DNA of 64,000 nt from Candidatus Dormibacteria bacterium (GCA_049521435.1 JBEKOU010000007.1:63831-127830), one strand, 5' to 3'; counted from the stretch's first letter, positions 28,766 to 37,836 are shown. Program-made: numbers and translations. The notes: generated from the letters alone by a model not told the origin.

Positions 28766-28882
28766 GCCGGGGCCCGGTCACGGGGGTGCTGACGGAGTCG
28801 GGAACGGCCGCGGCAGCGCCCCCGCACCGCGGCGGGGCGCGATCGCCGGCATCGGGCGTCATGTCCTAAGCTGACACTCATC

Positions 28883-29569
28883 GTGAGCGAGACCGTCGAG
28901 ACGAGATCCCTGCGCAAGGCCCCCGCCACGGGCGTCAACGCCCAGCTGCAGCGCATCCGCGACCTGATGCTGACCATGGGGGACGAGGTCGACCGGGCCA
29001 TGACCCGCGCCACCCTCGGCCTGGTCGAGCGCGACGTCGACATCTGCGCCGCGGTCATCCACGACGACGCCCGCGTCAACGCCCTTCTGGTCGAGGTGCG
29101 GACGCTCACCTTCGTCGCGCTAGCCCACCCCACGGCACCCTCACAGCTTCGCGAGGCGCTCGGCCTCCTCCACATGGCCAGCGAGCTGGAGCGGATGGCC
29201 GATCACTGCGCCAGCATCGCCAAGAGCGGCCGCGAGCTGGCCAACCTGCCGCCCCTCTCGAGCCACGTCGACCTCCCGCAGCTCTCCGAGGCGTGCCAGG
29301 CGCAGGTGCGGGACATCCTCGCGGCCCTGATCGCCCGCGACGTCGACAGGGCTCGTGCCATTGCCGCACGCGACGACCGCGTGAACCGGATCCACCACCG
29401 CATCGTCGACGACCTCATCCAGCTCATGACCGAGGACGGCGACGCCGTCTTCCGCGGCACCAAGCTGATCATGGTGGCTCAGAACTTCGAGCGGATCGGC
29501 GACCGGGTCACCAACCTCGCCGAGGACCTGATCTTCCTGGAGAGCGGCCGGATCGAGGAGCTGGGCTGA
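28883..29569 (+). CDS. phoU: Phosphate signalling protein PhoU
   Basis: Two PhoU repeats (ELERMADH and NFERIGDRVTNLAE); near pst genes. Confidence 0.93.
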   Translation: MSETVETRSLRKAPATGVNAQLQRIRDLMLTMGDEVDRAMTRATLGLVERDVDICAAVIHDDARVNALLVEVRTLTFVALAHPTAPSQLREALGLLHMASELERMADHCASIAKSGRELANLPPLSSHVDLPQLSEACQAQVRDILAALIARDVDRARAIAARDDRVNRIHHRIVDDLIQLMTEDGDAVFRGTKLIMVAQNFERIGDRVTNLAEDLIFLESGRIEELG

Positions 29570-29661
29570 TCGTCCCCCGTGCCCGCTCAGGTTTCTCGAA
29601 CCGTGGTCCCGCCGGGACGAGAGGTAGGCATCGCCGGGAGTGGGCCGCGGCCGGCGAGGCT

Positions 29662-30477
29662 GTGGGCCGCGGGCTGGAGCTTGCGCTCAGCCGGACCGGC
29701 GCGGACGACATCCGCTCCAAGGGCGGCCGTGATCTGGTGACGGCTGCCGACATTGTGGTCGAAGAGACGGTTCGGTCGGTGCTGACGGGAGCATTCGACT
29801 TCCCGGTCATCGGCGAGGAAGGTGGGGGACAGGCCGAGCCCGGCACGCCGTACTGGCTGGTGGATCCTATCTGTGGAACGACGAATTACGCTTTTGGCAT
29901 CCCACTTTTCGCTGTCAACGTGGCACTCGTTGAGGACGGACAGGTCGTGATCGGTGCTGTTGGGGATGGCTCGACGGGAGAGATCCTCGTTGCTGAGCGT
30001 GGCCAGGGTGCCTTCGTCGCAACGGACGGCGATTGGCGCCCGGTGGCCGCCAACGCACAGAGCAAGCTGCTTGTGTTTGAAGGGTGGCCGCGCGACGGGG
30101 CGGAGCGCGCGAAGGCCGCGCGCTGGGCCATGGAGGCCCTACGCGCCGACAGGTGGGACGTCCGATCCTTCGGCACCACCCTAACGCTTGCGCATCTGGC
30201 GGCCGGGCGGGTGGCTGCGTGCATCTTCTTCTCGGCTCCAACGCTCCATGTCGCAGCCGGTATCGCTCTTGCCTGCGAGGCGGGCGCGACGGTGACCGAC
30301 AGGGAAGGCCTGCCCTGGACTGTGAGCTCTGATTCGGTCATTGCAGCGGCGGAGCCGCAGCTTCACCGCGAACTGTGCGAGATGGTGAGTGACACCCCGG
30401 TCATCCCGTCTGCCCAGCTGCCGCCACGCCGCCCTGGATCTCCGCCGGGTCGAGGGAGCGCCCCGCGGGTGAGTTAG
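29662..30477 (+). CDS. Atypical inositol monophosphatase family protein
   Basis: DLVTAAD, GEE, WLVDPICGTTNY, LHVAAG, EAGATVTD; start uncertain; more A/T-rich than neighbours. Confidence 0.8.
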   Translation: MGRGLELALSRTGADDIRSKGGRDLVTAADIVVEETVRSVLTGAFDFPVIGEEGGGQAEPGTPYWLVDPICGTTNYAFGIPLFAVNVALVEDGQVVIGAVGDGSTGEILVAERGQGAFVATDGDWRPVAANAQSKLLVFEGWPRDGAERAKAARWAMEALRADRWDVRSFGTTLTLAHLAAGRVAACIFFSAPTLHVAAGIALACEAGATVTDREGLPWTVSSDSVIAAAEPQLHRELCEMVSDTPVIPSAQLPPRRPGSPPGRGSAPRVS

Positions 30478-30505
30478 GCCGTTACTGTTGCGGTCACCCG
30501 CCCGG

Positions 30506-31390
30506 CTAGACGTCCAGGCGGGCCACCATCTTCCGCGAGCGGGCCGTGATCATGCGGCCTCCGAAGATCAGCAGCAGGATCAGCAGGATGGTGACCCCGG
30601 CCGCGGCGCTGGCCAGGGCCTGGTTCTGAGCGCCGGGCAGCTGGACGTAGTAGTAGGTCACGTAGGTGAGGTACCCGATCGGGTTGTGGAACAGGCCGGC
30701 GCTGGGGTTGCTCTGGCTGAAGCTGGCCGTGTACAGGAGCGGAGCGGTCTCGCCGGTGGAGATGGCCAGCGCGATCACCATCCCGGAGATGATGCCCGGC
30801 AGGGCCGGGGGCAGCAGCACCTTGCGGATGGTGGTGATCCGGGAGAGACCGAGCGCAATGGCGGCCTCGCGCAGGGTGCGCGGCACCTGAGCTAGGGAAA
30901 CCTCGGTGGTCTTGACGATGTACGGGAGGGTCAGCAGGGAGAGCGCGATGATGGCGCTGAGGACCGAGAAGCCCCAGTGCAACGACACGACCAGGGCGGT
31001 GTAGGCGACCAGGCCGATGACGATCGAGGGCACACCGGCGAGTACCTCCGAGAAGAAGCGCAGCGTGCCGCCGAGACGCTTCGGTGCGAACTCAGCGAGG
31101 TAGATGCCGCCAAGGATCCCGATCGGACCGGCCACCACCACCACGCCGAGGCTGAGCACCAGGGTGCCGAGGATGGCGTTCTGCAGGCCCGGGTTCGTGG
31201 CGTTCTGGGTGGTGTTGGTGAGCAGGGTCCACTTGAGGGCGGGGGCGGCCTTGACCAGCACGCTGATAACAACGGCAAGCGCCGGGGTGATGATCGCCAC
31301 CAGCGCGAAGCCGCAGAGGATCCAGAACACGATCCCGCGAATGTGGCGGAGGCGGGGGGCTCTAGACTCCACGGCCCACCGGGAGAGCAT
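30506..31390 (-). CDS. pstA: Phosphate ABC transporter permease PstA
   Basis: LAGVPSIVIG, LREAAIALG, GETAPLL. Confidence 0.93.
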   Translation of the reverse strand: MLSRWAVESRAPRLRHIRGIVFWILCGFALVAIITPALAVVISVLVKAAPALKWTLLTNTTQNATNPGLQNAILGTLVLSLGVVVVAGPIGILGGIYLAEFAPKRLGGTLRFFSEVLAGVPSIVIGLVAYTALVVSLHWGFSVLSAIIALSLLTLPYIVKTTEVSLAQVPRTLREAAIALGLSRITTIRKVLLPPALPGIISGMVIALAISTGETAPLLYTASFSQSNPSAGLFHNPIGYLTYVTYYYVQLPGAQNQALASAAAGVTILLILLLIFGGRMITARSRKMVARLDV

Positions 31391-32426
31391 CGGAGCTGAT
31401 GCGGCGCACGATCAGCCGGCCGGTGAGGTTGGTGATCAGGCTCATGGTCAGGAGCAGCAGGCCCAGCATCGCCATGGCGCGCACCGCCATCCCGGTGCCA
31501 TCGCTGAGGGCGCTGTCCAGTTCGTCGGCGATCGTCGAGGCGAGCGTCGAGGTGGTGCCGTAGATGTTGACCGGCGGGTTGTTCGCCATCCCGATGATCA
31601 GCAGCACGGCGATGGTCTCACCGAGCGCGCGCCCCCAGCCGAGCAGGGCCGAGGCGATGATGCCGGTCCGCACATATGGGATGGTGACCACGCGGACCAT
31701 CTCGTACTTGGTCATGCCCAGCGCCAGGGCGCCCTCGCTGGCCAGCACCGGCACCCGCTTGACCAGCTGCCGCGTGGTCGAGGCGATGATCGGGATGATC
31801 ATGAGGGTGAGGACCAGTGAGGCGGTGAGCAATCCCTGGCCGTTGTAGGCCCACGATCCCTTGAAGAAGGGGAGGACCACCCCGAGGTGGGAGAGCGCCG
31901 GAAAGACGTGCGCGCCGAGGAACGGCCCGAAGACCGTGAGACCCCAGAAGCCGAAGACCACGCTGGGGATTCCGGCGAGGAGCTCGAGGAAGGTGGAGAG
32001 CGGTCCCTCCAGCTGCCGCGGGATCCACTCCGAGAGCATCAGCACTCCGCCCACCGAGATCGGCACCGCCAGCACCAATGCGATCAGCGAGCTGGAGAGG
32101 GTCCCGATGATGAAGGTGAGCGCCCCGTAATTGGCGCCGTAGGGCGCCACAACGCCGTTGACCGACGAGAAGTTGGGGTTGTAGAAGTTGCCGATGAAGA
32201 ACTTGTCGCTGGTGAAGACGGTGAAACCGCTGTAGATGATGGCGGGGATTGCCCACACCACCAGGATGGTGGTGATGAAGAGGATCCCCGCCAGCGGGAT
32301 CGTGGCCGCAATCCCGGATACCCACTGGAGGACGCGGTCTCCGGGGGTCAACTCGTGAGTGCGGGTCCGAGCGACCCGGGCCGGGCCGGTGGGCACTCCA
32401 CCGGCCCGGCGACGGACCAGGATCAT
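31362..32426 (-). CDS. pstC: Phosphate ABC transporter permease PstC
   Basis: ELLAGIPSVVFG, EGALALGMT, GRALGETIA. Confidence 0.93.
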   Translation of the reverse strand: MILVRRRAGGVPTGPARVARTRTHELTPGDRVLQWVSGIAATIPLAGILFITTILVVWAIPAIIYSGFTVFTSDKFFIGNFYNPNFSSVNGVVAPYGANYGALTFIIGTLSSSLIALVLAVPISVGGVLMLSEWIPRQLEGPLSTFLELLAGIPSVVFGFWGLTVFGPFLGAHVFPALSHLGVVLPFFKGSWAYNGQGLLTASLVLTLMIIPIIASTTRQLVKRVPVLASEGALALGMTKYEMVRVVTIPYVRTGIIASALLGWGRALGETIAVLLIIGMANNPPVNIYGTTSTLASTIADELDSALSDGTGMAVRAMAMLGLLLLTMSLITNLTGRLIVRRISSDALPVGRGV

Positions 32427-32427
32427 G

Positions 32428-33585
32428 TTAGCCGGTGATCTGGGCGACCGCTGTGTTGACCAGCGGGATCACGTTGCTGGGAAGGGGCACGAATTGCACG
32501 GCGCTCAGGTTGTCCGCGGTGGCGCCTCCGGTCGGGGAGATGGCCCACTCGATGAAGGTGCGGATCGCGAGAGCGGTGTCCGAGGAGGTGATCTTCGACG
32601 GGTTGATGATCAGGTACTCGAAGTTGACGATCGGGTAGGCCTGTGCCCCCGTCTCGTAGATCAGGGACGCTGCGAGGCTGGCCGGAACGTTGGTGGCACC
32701 GGCGGTCACCGCGGCGGTGATCGTGGTCGAATCCGGCTGGACGTAGCTGCCCGAGGCGTTCTCCAGCTCGGCCTCACCGAGACCGTCCACCAGGGCGGCG
32801 CCCTCGACGCTGATCCCGACGTAGGCGATGCCGCCCGGGGTGCTGTGCAAGGTGTCGACCATGGCCGGGTTGCCGGCCGCGGTCAGCTCGCTGGCGACGG
32901 TTGGCCAGCTCACCGTGGTCCCGAAGCTGGGGCCACTCGACCAGGTGGGATTGGTGGCGCTGAGGAAGGAGGTGAAGATGAACGTGTCACCCGAGGAGTC
33001 GGAGCGCCGGATCGGGATGATCGGCGTCGCCGGCAGGGTCGCGCCGGTGTTGAGGGCGGCGATGGCTGGGTCGTTCCACACCTTGATCGTGCCCTGGTAG
33101 ATCTGGGCGAGCACGGTACCGCTCAGCTTGAGGTTGGGGAACCCGGCGAGGTTGTAGTTGACCGCCTGAGCCGAGACGGCGATCGGGATGTTGAGTGCCC
33201 CGGGGTTGGCCGAGACCTGGGCCGCGCTCAGGTAGGCGTCGGAGCCGCCCATGTCGATGGTCCCGCTGAGGGCCTCAGACTGGCCCGTGCCCGAGCCGCC
33301 CGCGGCGGGGGTCAGCGTGATGTTGGCAAACGCGGAGTTGATGCCCGGGGCCAGCTTCTGCAGGTACGGGTAGAGCAGGCTCGACCCGGCCTCCGAGAGG
33401 GTCTGCGGGCCGGCCGGGTTGCCCGTTTGCACCGCCATTGCGGTGGGACTGCTGCTCGCGCTCGCGCTCGAGCTGCTGGGCGCGCTCGTGGCGGGCGCCA
33501 CCGTGCTCGTGGAGCCGCAGGCACTCACCAGGACCGCCCCGGCGATCACCGCAAACCCGATGGACGCGTGACGACGAACGTTCAT
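32428..33585 (-). CDS. pstS: Phosphate-binding lipoprotein PstS
   Basis: Lipobox VSAC, AGSS, GGSGTG, RSDSSGDT, YPI. Confidence 0.93.
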   Translation of the reverse strand: MNVRRHASIGFAVIAGAVLVSACGSTSTVAPATSAPSSSSASASSSPTAMAVQTGNPAGPQTLSEAGSSLLYPYLQKLAPGINSAFANITLTPAAGGSGTGQSEALSGTIDMGGSDAYLSAAQVSANPGALNIPIAVSAQAVNYNLAGFPNLKLSGTVLAQIYQGTIKVWNDPAIAALNTGATLPATPIIPIRRSDSSGDTFIFTSFLSATNPTWSSGPSFGTTVSWPTVASELTAAGNPAMVDTLHSTPGGIAYVGISVEGAALVDGLGEAELENASGSYVQPDSTTITAAVTAGATNVPASLAASLIYETGAQAYPIVNFEYLIINPSKITSSDTALAIRTFIEWAISPTGGATADNLSAVQFVPLPSNVIPLVNTAVAQITG

Positions 33586-33643
33586 GAGACCTCCCCTTCG
33601 AAGGATGAATGTGACGATTGTGATGAGGGTCGCTTGTGCGATC

Positions 33644-34570
33644 TCATCCGATCCGACCGCTGACGTAGGCCCGGCTCCTGTCGTCCGCCGGGTCGTGGAA
33701 GAAGGTCCTCGCCGACGTCGCCTCGACCACGCTGCCCTTCATGAGGAAGAGCACGTTGTCGCTGATGCGGCTCGCCTGGGCGAGGTTGTGGGTGACGATG
33801 AGAACGGTCATGCGCTCCGAGAGCCCTTTCATGAGCGACTCGATGTGATCGGTGGTGTCGGGATCGAGCGCCGAGGTGGGCTCGTCGAGCAGGATCACAT
33901 CGGGCGAGAGCGCCAGGGTGCGGGCCAGGCAGAGGAGCTGCTGCTGGCCGCCGGAAAGCCCAAAGGGCGACCCGTGCAGCCGGCTGCTCACCGCGTCCCA
34001 GAGGCCGACCCTGGTGAGGTTCTCCTGGACCAGCTCCCGCACGTTGCTGCGGTTGGCGAGACCGTGAGCCCGTGGAGCGAGCCCCACGTTCTCGGCGATG
34101 CTGCGGGGGAAGGGGTTGGGCCGCTGGAAGAGCATCCCGACCCGGCGTCTCACCTCGCGGACGTTGACGTCCGCACCGTACACATTCACGCCCTCGACGA
34201 CCACCTTCCCGCTCACCTGCATGCCGGTGACGTGGTCGTGCATGCGGTTGATGGAGCGCAGCAGCGTCGTCTTGCCGCAGCCGGTGGGACCGACGATGGC
34301 GGTGACCTTGTTCGGCTCGAAGAGGTTGCTGATGCTGTCGATCAGCGGCGTGCCACGGAACTTGACGGTGAGCCCCTCGACGGCGACGCCCGCCGAGACC
34401 TCCTCGCTGGTGGCGACATTGACCCCGGCTAGCTGCATGGAATCGGTGACCACGCTTCGAGAGTAGGGAGGGGCGGATTGTGGCCGGGTTTCAGGCTGGT
34501 TAAGAACCGGTGAAGAGCCCGGCTCCGCATCTCGGGGGTCACCCTGCGCCGGCGGGTCCGCGGAGCTCAT
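33644..34570 (-). CDS. pstB: Phosphate ABC transporter ATPase PstB
   Basis: GPTGCGKT, FQRPNPFP, LSGGQQQ, LDEPTSALDP, YVSGRIG. Confidence 0.95.
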   Translation of the reverse strand: MSSADPPAQGDPRDAEPGSSPVLNQPETRPQSAPPYSRSVVTDSMQLAGVNVATSEEVSAGVAVEGLTVKFRGTPLIDSISNLFEPNKVTAIVGPTGCGKTTLLRSINRMHDHVTGMQVSGKVVVEGVNVYGADVNVREVRRRVGMLFQRPNPFPRSIAENVGLAPRAHGLANRSNVRELVQENLTRVGLWDAVSSRLHGSPFGLSGGQQQLLCLARTLALSPDVILLDEPTSALDPDTTDHIESLMKGLSERMTVLIVTHNLAQASRISDNVLFLMKGSVVEATSARTFFHDPADDRSRAYVSGRIG

Positions 34571-35649
34571 CCCTGCTCCATCTCCGCCGCCACGCGGGGA
34601 GCCGCGGGCAGCTCGACGATGAAGGTGGCCCCGCGGCGCGGCTCGGACACCACCCGAATCGATCCGCCATGCGCCTCCACCACGTGACGGGCGATCGCCA
34701 GACCGAGCCCGGAGCCCTCGCCGTCCCGCTGACGGGAGCTGTCGGCCTTCCAGAAGCGCTCGAAGATCCGCGGGAGGTCCTCGGGACGGATGCCGATGCC
34801 GGTGTCGCGGACCACCAGCTCGACGCGGCTCTGTTCGAGGAGCGGGCGGGCGCTGACGGTGATCCTGCCCTCCGGCGGGGTGAACTTGATCGCGTTGTGA
34901 ACCAGGTTGCGCAACACCTGACCGAGCCGCCGGGGATCACCGAGAAGGGGAGGCGTGGCGGGGTCCAGGTCGACCGTCACCTCGATCAGGCGTTCCTCGG
35001 CGAGCGGCAGCAGCCGATCGACGGTGCGGACCAGGTCGACCACTGGGACCGGCTCCATCTTCATGGTCTGGCGCCCGGACTCGATGGTGCTCAGCTCGAG
35101 CAGCTCCTCGACCATCTGCGCCATGTGGCCGACCTCCAGCGCGATGCGGTGCACGAAGCCCGCGGCGACCTCGGGCTCCTCCAACGCCCCCTTCTGCAGG
35201 GTCTCGACCAGTAGCCGGATCGCGGTGATCGGGGTGCGCAGCTCGTGGGAGACGTTGGTGACGAAATCGCGGCGCACCCGCTCCAGCCGGCGCAGGCGGG
35301 TCTCGTCGCGCACCAGGACGATCACGGCGATCGTCTGGTTCTGCACCGGAAAGGCTCGCACCACGATCACTTCGCGCGCGCTCGCGATCTCTCGCTCCAC
35401 CGCCGCCTCGGCGTCAAGGCAGGCGGTGATCACGCGCAGCAGCCGGAAGTCCGCACCCAGCTCGGCGAGCGTATGACCCTCGCCCTCGCCGGAGAGGTCG
35501 AGGAGGCGGCAGGCCTCCTCCGTCGCGAGCAGGATCCGCCCGCTCTTGTCCACCGCTATCAGCCCGTGGCCCCCCTCCAGCTGCTCACCGACTGATCGCA
35601 GCAGGGAGAGCGTGTGGTTTGCCGACGGAGACGATGTGGAGCGTTTCAT
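34567..35649 (-). CDS. phoR: Phosphate sensor histidine kinase, apparently without transmembrane segments
   Basis: RRDFVTNVSHELRTP, NAIKF, DTGIGI, FERFWK, GSGLGLAI. Confidence 0.85.
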   Translation of the reverse strand: MKRSTSSPSANHTLSLLRSVGEQLEGGHGLIAVDKSGRILLATEEACRLLDLSGEGEGHTLAELGADFRLLRVITACLDAEAAVEREIASAREVIVVRAFPVQNQTIAVIVLVRDETRLRRLERVRRDFVTNVSHELRTPITAIRLLVETLQKGALEEPEVAAGFVHRIALEVGHMAQMVEELLELSTIESGRQTMKMEPVPVVDLVRTVDRLLPLAEERLIEVTVDLDPATPPLLGDPRRLGQVLRNLVHNAIKFTPPEGRITVSARPLLEQSRVELVVRDTGIGIRPEDLPRIFERFWKADSSRQRDGEGSGLGLAIARHVVEAHGGSIRVVSEPRRGATFIVELPAAPRVAAEMEQG

Positions 35650-35776
35650 CGGAGTCAGCCCGGTGCGGGGACGGACGCGGTCGGTGGCCAAGTGATGAGA
35701 TGTTATCGGTCTCCGATGACGATGGTGTTGGCAACACCGCACCGCAGCAGCGCGTTAGTGATCCGACAACCTGCGC

Positions 35777-35838
35777 TTAATCTTCCGATAATGTTGTGGG
35801 CCTTGCGCCCCTCGGCGTTAACGTTGCGATAATGTTTC
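35777..35838. promoter_or_regulatory. Putative Pho-box-like direct repeats between phoR and phoB
   Basis: TTAATCTTCCG-ATAATGTT and TTAACGTTGCG-ATAATGTT, each with 11-bp half-site spacing, in an AT-rich island. Confidence 0.5.
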
Positions 35839-35955
35839 GTGGCCCCGCGCACGCCGGCTCCGCGCCGCGCATCGACGGAGGGGCATAATGATCTCGCCGA
35901 TGAGTCGCGCGATCGCTCTCACCACGTCATCCCCGCCGGCGGCGGAGTCCGTTTG

Positions 35956-36672
35956 GTGACCGCGCCCGCCAAACACGTTCTCATCGTCGAGGATGAGGAC
36001 TCGATCCGGCAGACGCTCCGCTACAACTTGAGCCAGGAAGGCTTCGTCATCAGCGAGGCGAGCACCGGTACCGAGGCTCTGACGGCGGCGCGCCGCCAGC
36101 GGCCCGACCTCATCCTTCTCGACCTGATGCTCCCCGAGCTGTCGGGGCTCGAGGTGTGCCGGATCCTCCGTCAGGAGATGACGGTCCCCATCATCATGCT
36201 CACCGCCAAGGGCAGCGAGCTCGACAAGGTGGTGGGTCTGCACGTCGGTGCCGACGACTACGTCACCAAGCCGTTCTCGCTCAACGAGCTGCTGGCGCGC
36301 GTGTCGGCGACGCTGCGCCGCGCGGAGATGACCGGCAAGGAGCGCGTCGACGCGCGCGAGATCGAGGAGCTGGACAACTTTCGGATCGACCGCGGCGCCC
36401 GCACGGTGCACGTCGACAGCGAGGAGCTGCACCTCGCGCCCAAGGAGTTCGACCTCCTCTCCCTGCTCCTCCTCAATGCGGGCAAGGTGCAGTCCCGCCA
36501 GGTCATCATCCAGCGGATCTGGGGAAGCAAGTTCTACGGCGACCACAAGACCGTGGACGTCCACGTGCGCTGGCTGAGGGAGAAGTTCGAGCGCTTCGAC
36601 CGGCTGCCCTTCCGGATCACCACCGTGTTCGGCGTGGGCTACCGGATCGACCGGCTCGACCAGCCGGCCTGA
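35956..36672 (+). CDS. phoB: OmpR/PhoB family response regulator
   Basis: IVEDE, LDLMLP, MLTAK, GADDYVTKPF, VDVHVRWLREK; divergent from phoR. Confidence 0.85.
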   Translation: MTAPAKHVLIVEDEDSIRQTLRYNLSQEGFVISEASTGTEALTAARRQRPDLILLDLMLPELSGLEVCRILRQEMTVPIIMLTAKGSELDKVVGLHVGADDYVTKPFSLNELLARVSATLRRAEMTGKERVDAREIEELDNFRIDRGARTVHVDSEELHLAPKEFDLLSLLLLNAGKVQSRQVIIQRIWGSKFYGDHKTVDVHVRWLREKFERFDRLPFRITTVFGVGYRIDRLDQPA

Positions 36673-36702
36673 GCGCCCGCGGGCGCACCTACCATGGGGC
36701 CG

Positions 36703-37344
36703 ATGGGCTCCACGGGCACCGCCGAAGCCGCGAATTCGCGGAACGCTCCGGCACTCGATCGGGGATTCTTCGCCGGGCCGACCATCGACGTGGCCGCTGC
36801 TCTGATCGGGTCGCGGCTGGTCTGCGACCCGGGGACCGCCGAGGAGGTCCGCGCTCGGGTCGTCGAGGTGGAGGCCTACCTGGGGATGGAGGACCCGGCC
36901 TCCCACGCCCACCGGGGCCCCACCCCGCGAGCGGCCATCATGTTCGGGCCCCCCGCTCACCTCTACGTCTACCTCTCCTACGGCATGCACTTCTGCGCCA
37001 ACGTCGTCTGCGAGCCCGAGGGCGTCGCCGGCGCGGTCCTGCTCCGCGCCGCCGCGCTCGAGGTGGGGGAGGAGGTGGTCCGCGCCCGGCGAGCCCGGGG
37101 AGGCCGGCCGCTGGCCCTCGCCAAGCTCCTCCGCGGCCCCGGCAACCTCGGCGCGGCCCTCGGCCTCACCCTGGCGGACAACGGTCTCGACCTCTGCGAC
37201 CCGGGCTCGCGCCTGCGGATCCTGGAGAGGGAGACGGAGGTTCCCCTCGCCATCGCCCCCCGCGTGGGGATCACGCGGGCCGCCGATCGGCCGCTCCGCT
37301 TCGCCTGGGCGGGCCACCCCGCCGTCAGCCGCCCTGCCCCCTGA
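36703..37344 (+). CDS. mpg: 3-methyladenine DNA glycosylase (AAG/MPG family)
   Basis: VEVEAYLG, YVYLSYGMHFC, AVLLRA, GPGNL, PRVGI. Confidence 0.93.
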   Translation: MGSTGTAEAANSRNAPALDRGFFAGPTIDVAAALIGSRLVCDPGTAEEVRARVVEVEAYLGMEDPASHAHRGPTPRAAIMFGPPAHLYVYLSYGMHFCANVVCEPEGVAGAVLLRAAALEVGEEVVRARRARGGRPLALAKLLRGPGNLGAALGLTLADNGLDLCDPGSRLRILERETEVPLAIAPRVGITRAADRPLRFAWAGHPAVSRPAP

Positions 37345-37349
37345 CGCAC

Positions 37350-37380
37350 ATAAAGAAGGGGCCGGCGGTGCCGGCCCCTC
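37350..37380 (-). terminator. Intrinsic terminator (minus strand; may also stop mpg)
   Basis: Minus strand GAGGGGCCGGC-ACC-GCCGGCCCCTT then CTTTAT. Confidence 0.75.
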
Positions 37381-37670
37381 AAATTCATTTGCCGATATTC
37401 GGCAGCCCGACGAAAAGCCGGGCCTTGTGCGGCACCATCCGGTGCCAGGTGGTCTGCCCGGGGCGTCTCGCCTCGTCACCTGCGATCCCGCAGCGCTCTT
37501 GCAATCGACCTACTTGCCGGACCACCTCGAGGGCGGTCTCACGGTGGCGCACGCCGGGTGAGATGGCGAGGGCCCGCGCCGGGCCTCACCTCTCGGCCCG
37601 AGTGGCCCTCAGGAACTCGTATACACCACGCATCGAAGCCCTACCTCCATATGGAACGCGGATGGCTTCT
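37350..37670 (-). ncRNA. Candidate structured RNA (~320 nt) carrying a 15-aa sORF
   Basis: Own promoter and terminator; many perfect helices; no known family recognised. Confidence 0.5.
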
Positions 37671-37676
37671 GTGAGT

Positions 37677-37704
37677 AGGGTACCCCGGCGGACCGGTCTG
37701 TCAA
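37677..37704 (-). promoter_or_regulatory. Sigma70 promoter of the candidate RNA
   Basis: Minus strand TTGACA-N16-TACCCT. Confidence 0.55.
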
Positions 37705-37801
37705 CCGTGTTGTGCGTGACAAGGATCTGGCGCAATCGCATCGAATCGCCCGCCAACCCAGCCATGTGCGCGCCTCGTAGACTGAGAGGCCGGATACAGC
37801 C

Positions 37802-37822
37802 TAGAATCTGAACGTCCGTTCG
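37802..37822 (+). promoter_or_regulatory. -10 element and LexA (SOS) box for yebC-ruvCAB
   Basis: TAGAAT at 37802-37807; GAAC-GTCC-GTTC at 37810-37821. Confidence 0.7.
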
Positions 37823-37836
37823 TCGCCGGAGGCAGC

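Noticed and set aside
37415-37432. Minus-strand ACAAGGCCCGGCTT resembling the RNase P RNA 3' conserved region
   Set aside because: The 5' GAGGAAAGTCC element needed for helix P4 is missing.
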